Shown here: positions 29,389 to 38,923 of the stretch, piece after piece | How positions within the stretch are numbered: position 1 is the first letter of the stretch | Layout of the letters: every line of letters begins with the position of its first letter | Source: Tubiluchus corallicola | Lineage: Eukaryota > Animalia > Priapulida | DNA: 64,000 bases | Direction of reading: 5' to 3' | NCBI GenBank assembly: GCA_030141605.1 | Contig: JAQGDQ010000164.1 | Location: 1 to 64,000, forward strand | Made by a program: the position numbers and the translations under genes | Notes under the pieces: model-generated | What the model was told of the DNA's origin: nothing | Database searches by the model: none | What the model saw: only the letters and a program-made list of their open reading frames with translations

Positions 29389-30559
29389 AACCTGAAGAAA
29401 ATTCCTCACGACCATTACGATGTACAATTGTAAATTGAGATTGTTCAAATATTAATGGCCCCCACCTGTATTATTTTCTGAGAATCTAGTTTCTTTACCT
29501 GTGCTGGTGATGCACAAACCAGAATTTAATCAAACTAGCTACATCTAGCTTGTGCATTATTGTGGTAAATTTGAGATTAGTTCAGCAAATAAGGACCTTC
29601 AGTTACTTAAATTGACAAATCCAACATTAAATAGGCTAGCAATCTGCACACAGTTGACGGAGACAATGTACTTTAAAACATTCGTATGTCTTCCAACGAT
29701 CCTTGTTATGTTAAAATATTGCATGAGCGGTTCGCTTCACTTAGTTTAGCAAAACTGATGTCATTCCTGCATTAATCATGCTAAAACGTAACACAAGGTA
29801 GCGCACTCGACCTACATTAGCTAAAAGCTTTGTGCATAAACCAAACATTGGATCTTTGAACATCGCCTTTAATGGGGAATTCTAGTTTCATAATGCCTTT
29901 GAAGCTTTCCTTAGAAACGAATCAAAATTAGCCTTGCTTTGCAGCTGAATCCATAAATTGAACGTAGATTTTTCCTTTTTGTGATAAAGAACTATAAGAC
30001 TAAGTTGTAAATGGAGATACGCGGATGCATTCCGTGACATAACGTTATGTCCATGTTAATCCAACTATGTATCGTAATAATCCATCACACCTGTGGCTTA
30101 AGCGCTCAGAGTACATTGAACAGACTAGTAACAGCTGATGTTAATAAACCTAATGGCAAAGAACGTCTATGTCCCACGCGTAATAACTTACATTTGACTA
30201 TTTAAAAAACAATTTGCCAATGTGAGCTTTGACACCAGCCAAACGCTCAACCCAAAAACCTCATTAATTGTGAGCTATCATTAATAACAATCTTGATAAT
30301 AATCATCAGCATTATCATATGATTAAGAATATCATATTTAGTTAATTATTCACGGGAATTTCAGTCTCAAAATTAATCGAAATGTAAAAAATAAATCTGA
30401 ATCGCTCTAGTTCAAAGGAATCAACTTTGGGCTGCCTCACTGGGGAATACAGCTTCGGACTTTTGAGTTCAAATCCAGGCTACGTTCCAACTTTTTCACA
30501 TTTCCTGTCTTTCAAATTTGGTATCAAAATTTAATTAATTGTGGGTTTGTAATATAATT

Positions 30560-30676
<117 letters not shown>

Positions 30677-32453
30677 TAACAAAACTTTTCTGTTATTAAG
30701 TTTTGCTGAAGCTTCTTTTTCATATTCTCATATTGTAGCATGTGCAATCTGCTGATAAATGTATAAAATGTTTTTTTACCAAAATAGTATAGACCTAGGC
30801 CTACTGTTTCACTTGAGTATTCAAAACTTTGTTGTTTTTTTCAGAATTTGGCGAATGTCCTAACGACGAAGAAGACTGGGTTTGAGACGGTAACGGTAAC
30901 GGGTAGAAGACTACCGTGTAACAGAAAGAGCACCCTTACAGGTCTACTCAATAGGGTCTACCTGTAATCCTAGATCTTTCTCAACTTTTAACCAAACATT
31001 ATTAAGCTAATGAAAGCAGCTTTCAAATTCGGCTGCTAGCCTTGTCGTTTATAAAAATCAATTTTTAGTGACTACTTAACTGTACAATTTGTTCTTTTGC
31101 AAGAAGAGAAGCATGTCTAATTCTAAAATAACTTTAGTTACGGCCACACGACCGATGTCTCATAACTAACGACCAGCGTCATTTGACGGAAAAATAAATA
31201 ACTGTTACAATAAAGGTAATTGTTTTTCACTAGTAGATTGCTCTTGAACTCCTTTAATAGGTACTGACTAAAACAGTACAGAGTTAAACCACATACCTAC
31301 ATGTCTTATCAATAAGGAGCAATGAAAAATTCACGTCAATAAATTTTTAATGCAGAAAAAATATAGTTGTACATGTATAAATAAAGTTTAATATTTCATA
31401 ATAGAAAAACCTTGTTGTTGTGAGCATATTAACAGCAAATGGTTTCTACTGTGAGCCTTTTATTCAGGAATAGCTTACGCTTGTGTTTAGTTATCGTAAA
31501 GAGTGCAAATATATTTTACATAGGCAACCACGTATTTATTTAATTAAATATTATACCGTTTAAGAGCTATTAATTTTATCTTCAATAATTATTATACTGA
31601 ATGTTTCATTTTTAATACATTAATTCTTTTTTAGTTTTGACTAATCTGAAGTTTAATTGTTCTTATTGAATATGCTAGCAAAATGAAAGTTTCACTCAAA
31701 AAAGTTAACGACCTTATTGTTTCTCATCTGATGGTATTTGAAAGGCTTAAAATAATGAAAATTAATATCAAAGTGATTAGGAACACTCTGGCATCCGACC
31801 AACATTTACCAAAATGTATCAGTGAATGACTTTTCAACCACTCATTTTGGATTTCGACAAAATTAGTGCTAATAGGTAGCTTAGCCTGTAGTATGTATTC
31901 GTATATTGCTTCTCTGTGATGAAAACACTGGATTACGCCTACTTGTTAAATTGACTGTAGGCGCATTCAAAGTATAGTACAACTATTAAACTATAAAGTT
32001 TCACTGACTATGACTATACAACACATGTCGTTTTTATTATAACAGAAACACTATTCATTCTATTTTTAAAAATTTTGTAGATTTGCAATACTTTTTATCC
32101 TAGAAATTTAATGCTATTGTTGCAGCACCATTTTTCTCGCAGATATTCGAGCCTTGTCTGTAGCTAAAGCAATTAATACCCATTGTTATAGCCTATATAA
32201 TGTGAGCAAGATTACGGCTACCTATGTAGGCCTACTAGTCCCAAAATTCTGTTTGTTACATGTGAGACGAACACATTGTGACGCATTGGTTAACAAAAGC
32301 CCATGATGATGAAGTGCATGATCACGCAAGGCTTACTTGGTTTAAGTTGTAGTATCGTTACTGGAGATTTCATATTCAAGTTTTTAAGCATTTCCTCCTA
32401 ATCGACCCATATTAACTGGAAAGACAGTCAAACAGAGCTAAAGCATATTTCAG

Positions 32454-32607
32454 GTAAGTGCACTGAATGGATGGAGACAGTGGTGAAAATTCACATTTTG
32501 TTGTTAATTTTGTTTTTTTAGCTTTTCTTCAGTCGGTTGTTATGAAACTTAAGCTGTTTTTAAATCATCCTAGAGCAGCCATAAAATGAATGCATTACAT
32601 TTTACAG
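32454..32607 (+). other. probable 5' UTR intron of the multi-EGF gene
   Basis: Consensus donor CAG|GTAAGT at 32453/32454 and acceptor TTTTACAG at 32607 (alternative TTTTGCCAG at 32643), just upstream of the ATG at 32669. Confidence 0.5.
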
Positions 32608-32668
32608 GGTTAACTGAAGAAAAACTTACACCTGTTTTGCCAGGCATCAAATCGAGGATTATAAATTA

Positions 32669-35600
32669 ATGGCGTTTTTACCAAGATACATGCTGCATTG
32701 CTTTTCAGTTTCTATTCATGTTATTTTTATTTTTTATCTGAGGCGACTAAAAGTTTCTGCAACTTTTGCTGGTGACACCATTTTTTCTGGAAATACAGTG
32801 AAGATTTATCCTCATTTGGACAGAAATGGACCTTCATTAGAAGTTACACGGCCGAACCTTTCAATCATATCAGATCCTGAATTTTATGACGATGTATGCT
32901 GTGACAAATCTCCAAGTCGCATAATCATTCCAAGACCTGGAAATCTCGACACGGTGTTATTCTTGCGTAAAGTTTATTTGCAATGGCCGCACGATTCTGT
33001 GGTAGTTGCTCGAGGAAATAAATCAACAGGTCCTCTATGGCACAGCTACATGAGGAAACCTGACGAAGCCAACATATATTTTGAGAATGATCCTCGCTGG
33101 GATACAGTGTTTGTGGATTTTGAGACGGATGGCGTCAAAACGAATCACACGGGTTTTGAGCTGGTTGTCTATCACCTCAACATTCCGAGGTGGTGCACAC
33201 CTGGATATTGTTTAAATGGAGGCACTTGTGATGACTTTTTCTACGACTTTGCCAGTTGTATGTGCGACGTAGGATATCAGGGTGTTAACTGCGAAGAAGT
33301 TGTCAACAACTGTTTCTCCAAGCCTTGTTTGAATTCTGGCACATGTCATAACGAAGCACTGTTCTACAATTGTTCTTGTCTGGAGGGTTATAGTGGCACA
33401 AACTGTGAGACTGACATTAACGAATGCAAACAAATCCCTTGTAAAAATGGTGCTACTTGCGTTGACAAAATTGCCAGCTATAGTTGTCTGTGTAAGCCTG
33501 GCTACTCAGGTATAAACTGCGAAATATTCAACGCGTGTTTTTCAAATCCTTGCCAAAATGGAGGTACGTGTATGAAAGAAAAGAATTCCTTTATTTGCTC
33601 TTGTCAGTACGGATATATTGGTGTCACATGTGATGCATACAACGATTGCGTATCAGATCCTTGCCAAAATGATGCGACTTGCGTGGATGGGGACGATCTC
33701 TATACCTGTGATTGTACCGTTGGATATGTAGGATTCAACTGTGAAACATTTAATGAGTGTTACTCAGATCCATGTTTGAATTCCGGTGACTGTATAGATG
33801 ACGTAGGATTCTACACTTGCAAATGTACAAATGGTTTTGAGGGACTTCATTGTGAAACCTTCAATGAATGTTATTCTTCTCCTTGTCTTCATAATGCCAC
33901 ATGTGAAGATGAGGATGAAGGCTACAACTGCAGTTGTACACATGAATACACAGGACCACAATGCAAAACCTACTTGACTTGTTCTTCTGACCCATGTCAA
34001 AATGGCGGCATTTGTGAAGAACACTTGATTGCTTACAACTGCAAGTGTCTTTTGGGGTATTCTGGTAACCAGTGCCAATATTATGACGAGTGCATATCCG
34101 ACCCATGCCTCAATGAGGGGAAATGCTTTGATGGTGAAAATTTTTACAACTGCACGTGCCCTAAAATCTACAGTGGTATTCGCTGTGAGGAGTTGCATGC
34201 CTGCTTATCTATTCCGTGTCAAAATGATGCTACATGTATCGAAAAAGAAGATGGATATAACTGTAATTGTAAATATGAATACACTGGACCACAGTGCACA
34301 ACTTACCTTACTTGCTCATCTGACCCGTGCCAAAATGGCGGCACTTGTGAAGAACATATTATAGCTTACAAATGCAAGTGTATTTTGGGGTATTCTGGAA
34401 ACCAGTGCCAATATTATGATGAGTGCATATCCAACCCCTGTCTAAATGAGGGGAAATGCTTTGATGGTGAAAATTTCTACAACTGCACGTGCCCTAAAAT
34501 CTACAGTGGAGTTCGCTGTGAAGAGTTACATGCCTGCCTATCTTTTCCATGTCAGAATAGTGCTACATGTATTGACGAAGAAACCAAGTACATGTGCAGT
34601 TGTACACACAACTACACAGGACCACAGTGCACTACTTACCTTACTTGCTCATCTGATCCGTGTCAAAATGGTGGTACATGTGAAGATCATCTGATAGCTT
34701 ATCACTGCAAATGTGTTTTGGGATATTTTGGAAATGAGTGCCAATATTATAACGAGTGCATCTCTGATCCATGCCTAAATGATGGGAGTTGTGTTGATGA
34801 GGAAAATTCGTACAAATGCTCATGCCGTAAAACCTATACTGGGCTTCGATGTGAAGAGTTACATGCCTGTTTATCTTCACCTTGTCAGCACGGTGGAAAA
34901 TGTATTGAAAATAGTAATGGCTATAAATGCATATGCAATAAAGAATACACTGGCCTGCAATGCGAATCTTACAATGATTGCTACATGGTTATTTGCATGA
35001 ATAACGGTACCTGTATTGATGGTAACAAATCATACAAGTGTGACTGTGTCCATGGTTTTACGGGATATGATTGTGGAACATTTCTTGCATGTTCCTCTAA
35101 TCCATGCCTTAACCACGGAACCTGCAGAGAAATGGAATACTCTTCGTACCAATGTACGTGTGCTCACGGCTTTACAGGACGTTCTTGCGAACATGTTTAT
35201 GAGTGTGCATCAAATCCTTGTTTAAACTCGGCCACGTGTATTGATGGTGACGGCTTTTGGGCCTGTGAGTGTGTGCGTGGGTACTCTGGTAGATACTGCC
35301 AAAATTATAATGAATGTATATCTAATCCATGCCTAAATAACGCAACATGCATAGATGGCACAGAGCTGTTTACTTGCACCTGTGCTACTAACTATACAGG
35401 TGAAAGATGTGAATCTGTTACCATGTGCTCGTCAAATCCATGTCAGCACAATGGAACATGCATAGAGGGTACCGATTTTTATAAATGTACCTGTCTACCT
35501 GCTTATACAGGTGAACACTGTGAGAAATTCATTCCATGTGCTGCTACTCCATGCCAGAATGGTGCTACATGCATCAACAATCCAGATTCATATAATTGTG

Positions 35601-37525
35601 TTTGTCCAGCAAAGTTTACAGGAGTTAATTGTGAAGTGCTACGCCCTTGCGCATCAAATCCATGTTTGAATGGAGGGACATGCACAGACGATGGACGTGT
35701 GTTTAATTGTTCATGTATGCAAGGCTTTATGGGCATTATTTGTGAAGTGATTCTTGGAAATCAGACATATCAAGGGTGCCGTTCAAGACCCTGTCTGAAT
35801 GGTGCCACGTGTCACGAAGGAGTATATTCTTATACTTGTACTTGTGCTCCTGGATATTCAGGCGCCCTCTGTGACACTTTTCATCCTTGCTCTTTGAATA
35901 AATGTCAAAATAATGCGACCTGTATTGAAAACGTCAATTCTTACAACTGTACATGCTTACCTGGCTTTTTTGGCAAACATTGTGAAACATTCCACTCTTG
36001 CTTCTCCAATCCTTGTTTAAACAAAGGTACTTGTATACAAGGTATAGACAGTTATACCTGTTTTTGTGCATTCGGTTATACAGGAGATAACTGCGAGTCA
36101 ACATTACCATGTGTCTCTCTTCCTTGCAAAAACAATGGCACTTGTATCAACGAAGGTCGTTCATTTAAATGTCAATGCAAAGAGGATTATACTGGTTATC
36201 AGTGCCAGACATTTCTTGCGTGTACATCAAATCCGTGTTACAATGACGCAACATGTGTTGAAGGCATTAATAAGTACAGCTGTGATTGTGGAGAAGATTT
36301 TACAGGTGTACAGTGTGAAAACTACAACTTCAAAATACAAAGGCGGCAAGGACGGATCACAAGACCACGGGTGCAATCAAAGTGCTCGCATAATCTGTGC
36401 TTAAATGGTGGTTCATGCGATGACACTCTTGGTGAAGTCATTTGCCACTGCCAGTCTGGATACCATGGGCAGAACTGTGAAAAAAATAACACATGCCTTT
36501 CACAACCTTGCTCAAACAAAGGTACGTGCACTCCTACTGACTATGGGTATGATTGTACATGCTTAGCAGGTTTCACAGGACCCACATGTGACACACCTTA
36601 CAGTGTAATGAGTGCATGTTCACCTAACTCCTGCAATAATGGCGGAAGCTGCTTTATTAACAAAGATGGTTTTTATGAATGTGACTGTACAGAAGGTTAC
36701 ACTGGGATGAAATGTGAGATATACAATGGCTGCGCATCCAATCCTTGTATGAAGGGAGGAACATGTGTAAATATAGGGTTAGCCTATAGATGTTTCTGTT
36801 CAGTAGGATACACTGGTGTCCACTGCAAAGCACACTATGCCTGCATGTCACACCCATGCATGTACGGTGGAACGTGCGTGAACTTAGAATCGGGTTATAA
36901 CTGCACTTGTGCAATGGGTTATAAAGGACCACAATGTCAAATACAAGACAGTTGCATGTCTAACCCATGCTTGTACAATAGCACTTGTGTAAACAAAGAA
37001 ACGGGTTATTATTGTACCTGTGCAGAAGGTTATATGGGAATGAAGTGCGAGCAAGCAAATAAAACCGGAGTCTGTCCCAGTCCACTTAGATACTCGCATG
37101 CTACAGACTGTCCAAAGCAACAATGTGGGACGGATGTAGAATGTCCAAGAGAAGAAAAGTGTTGTGAATATGTAGAATGCGGAACAATTTGTTCCAGTGT
37201 TCTTTTAGAAAAGGATGTGACAGCAAAAGCTGGTGGCATAATACTTTTCATAAGTTTTATGATCGGATTACTTTTACTCTTGCTTCTTCTCCTACTGAAA
37301 AGAGCGCGGAAGAGGCGTAAAGAACAAGATGAAGATGAATTATTCAAACAGATCCTGGAAGAAAATAGAAAGAAAAGTATAGCAGCTGTAGAGGCAGCAA
37401 TAGCAGCAGAGGAAGCCACAGATACAGAGAAAGCAGCAGCAGAGCAAGCCACAGATACAGGGAAAGCAGCAGCAGAGCAAGCCACAGATACAGAGGAAGC
37501 AGCAGCAGAGTCAGCAATGGCTTAA
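32669..37525 (+). CDS. single-exon CDS for a 1618-aa type I membrane protein: signal peptide, CUB-like domain, 34 EGF-like repeats (Notch/fibropellin type), WAP domain, TM helix, short cytoplasmic tail
   Basis: Uninterrupted 4857-bp ORF with a hydrophobic N-terminus. VFVDFETDGVKTNHTGFELVVY resembles a CUB C-terminus. 34 six-cysteine EGF units counted by hand (~33194-37050). KTGVCP...C...C.TDVEC...KCC...CG..C is a WAP four-disulfide core (~37061-37197). TM GGIILFISFMIGLLLLLLLLLL is followed by KRARKRRK. AATAAA at ~37815. Confidence 0.93.
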   Translation: MAFLPRYMLHCFSVSIHVIFIFYLRRLKVSATFAGDTIFSGNTVKIYPHLDRNGPSLEVTRPNLSIISDPEFYDDVCCDKSPSRIIIPRPGNLDTVLFLRKVYLQWPHDSVVVARGNKSTGPLWHSYMRKPDEANIYFENDPRWDTVFVDFETDGVKTNHTGFELVVYHLNIPRWCTPGYCLNGGTCDDFFYDFASCMCDVGYQGVNCEEVVNNCFSKPCLNSGTCHNEALFYNCSCLEGYSGTNCETDINECKQIPCKNGATCVDKIASYSCLCKPGYSGINCEIFNACFSNPCQNGGTCMKEKNSFICSCQYGYIGVTCDAYNDCVSDPCQNDATCVDGDDLYTCDCTVGYVGFNCETFNECYSDPCLNSGDCIDDVGFYTCKCTNGFEGLHCETFNECYSSPCLHNATCEDEDEGYNCSCTHEYTGPQCKTYLTCSSDPCQNGGICEEHLIAYNCKCLLGYSGNQCQYYDECISDPCLNEGKCFDGENFYNCTCPKIYSGIRCEELHACLSIPCQNDATCIEKEDGYNCNCKYEYTGPQCTTYLTCSSDPCQNGGTCEEHIIAYKCKCILGYSGNQCQYYDECISNPCLNEGKCFDGENFYNCTCPKIYSGVRCEELHACLSFPCQNSATCIDEETKYMCSCTHNYTGPQCTTYLTCSSDPCQNGGTCEDHLIAYHCKCVLGYFGNECQYYNECISDPCLNDGSCVDEENSYKCSCRKTYTGLRCEELHACLSSPCQHGGKCIENSNGYKCICNKEYTGLQCESYNDCYMVICMNNGTCIDGNKSYKCDCVHGFTGYDCGTFLACSSNPCLNHGTCREMEYSSYQCTCAHGFTGRSCEHVYECASNPCLNSATCIDGDGFWACECVRGYSGRYCQNYNECISNPCLNNATCIDGTELFTCTCATNYTGERCESVTMCSSNPCQHNGTCIEGTDFYKCTCLPAYTGEHCEKFIPCAATPCQNGATCINNPDSYNCVCPAKFTGVNCEVLRPCASNPCLNGGTCTDDGRVFNCSCMQGFMGIICEVILGNQTYQGCRSRPCLNGATCHEGVYSYTCTCAPGYSGALCDTFHPCSLNKCQNNATCIENVNSYNCTCLPGFFGKHCETFHSCFSNPCLNKGTCIQGIDSYTCFCAFGYTGDNCESTLPCVSLPCKNNGTCINEGRSFKCQCKEDYTGYQCQTFLACTSNPCYNDATCVEGINKYSCDCGEDFTGVQCENYNFKIQRRQGRITRPRVQSKCSHNLCLNGGSCDDTLGEVICHCQSGYHGQNCEKNNTCLSQPCSNKGTCTPTDYGYDCTCLAGFTGPTCDTPYSVMSACSPNSCNNGGSCFINKDGFYECDCTEGYTGMKCEIYNGCASNPCMKGGTCVNIGLAYRCFCSVGYTGVHCKAHYACMSHPCMYGGTCVNLESGYNCTCAMGYKGPQCQIQDSCMSNPCLYNSTCVNKETGYYCTCAEGYMGMKCEQANKTGVCPSPLRYSHATDCPKQQCGTDVECPREEKCCEYVECGTICSSVLLEKDVTAKAGGIILFISFMIGLLLLLLLLLLKRARKRRKEQDEDELFKQILEENRKKSIAAVEAAIAAEEATDTEKAAAEQATDTGKAAAEQATDTEEAAAESAMA

Positions 37526-38646
37526 ACTTTGGAAGTCAGGAGCAAAAGTATTAGAGTCATAGTCTACAGTATAACTTTTTCACACGGTGTGTAACCTCCA
37601 AATTAATGGTTTGCATTACATCAATGGGCATCCATTTAGTCAATGTTGGTGTGAAGTAAGCACACCACACAAAAGCAGCACACCACTGGATACATAGAAA
37701 TTCTATATGCGTGTTTATCCGCTATTATTAATTGATTCTTTCACCATAAAAATAGTATCACACATTTCCAGTGCCAGTGCCAGAAAAATTACTTTTCCGT
37801 GAAATAGCATTATTAATAAAAGTCCACATTGCGCACTAATAGCACGGGTTCGGACTTATTATGGGCAGCATACTGTAATCTCAAAGTCGGGCATGCGACC
37901 AATGCCCGGAAGGTTTGTTTTTTCAAAAATTCACTTTGTGAATGCATTTTAACAAAATTGCTTCACTGGAAAACTATAAATTTGACTTAATATCAACCAA
38001 GGAATAACCAAGTTATCGATCAGTGACTATTGAAGAAACTGCTAAAAATATACAAAATTGACCAATTTTCAATGTTTGAGCATTTGACACTGGCATTTGC
38101 GGATAAAGACGAAAGGTCATGTTGTCATCTTGCAGAAAGAAACTGATCAAGTAACAATCAGCTATCAATTATTGACGAAAATTGCCAAAATATCATCAAA
38201 TTTCAAGTCACTGATGTTATTGTAAGTTTAATAAACTATTTAAACAGGTGTTAACCATCAAGTGGTACGTAACGTGCAAATGAATCCCAGTCGGACACCT
38301 AACCACAAGCTTAGTCTCCCATTCTTCCTGTCATAATGTTGACAGGATATTCTTGCACTATATGCAACACGAGCATGGGCGTGTAGACAAATGAAACTTG
38401 TCTAACATGAAATGAAAAGTACTAAACAACTTTTACAAAAGACAAACCATAATTATTTTTATTAATCAAATAAAATATTAATAGTATTTGATTCACATTT
38501 GCACACCACTAAAATCAATTTTGAAAACTAGGATGGAACCTAGTGCCAAGGTAATCTGCCATTTTCACTAAATGTAGTATTTTACACTTTACTATATTCA
38601 TAGACAAGCATAAACACTTTATAATATAAAGTTTGTAATATATGTT

Positions 38647-38923
38647 TTACAACAAATTTTCACTGGTATCCATATTTGGTTGCTGTTCATTGTTTTTAAC
38701 TGAGGGATCCACTATTAAAGGTGCACTGGATAAATTATTATTCTGTTTCAATTCATAACTCATAGTTGGTGAATTCTGTTGTGAAACTTTTATAGTGTTT
38801 TTGGCTAGTGACGGTGTTGGTTGTTCCTCTAATTTAAGTTTTGCTGGCTTTATATAAGAACCCATTCCTGCACAACGGTTTGACTCGGACTGGCTGAATG
38901 GTTGAGTCTGCAATCTTTTCAAC
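38647..38923 (-). CDS. ZNF593: ZNF593 exon 4 (terminal)
   Basis: TTTCAG acceptor; LKRLQTQPFSQSESNRCAGMGSY...ENLL*. Confidence 0.9.

Noticed and set aside
30440-30500. B-box-like GAGTTCAAATCC upstream of the (AAT)n tract (SINE-like)
   Set aside because: No convincing tRNA fold or A-box; insufficient evidence without other copies.
33212-37485. Short alternative-frame and antisense ORFs within the EGF gene
   Set aside because: Shadow ORFs of the main coding frame.
32669-37525. Naming the EGF gene Notch, Crumbs, Jagged/Delta or fibropellin
   Set aside because: No LNR or ankyrin, LamG or ERLI, DSL, or avidin domain is visible, so no gene symbol was assigned.
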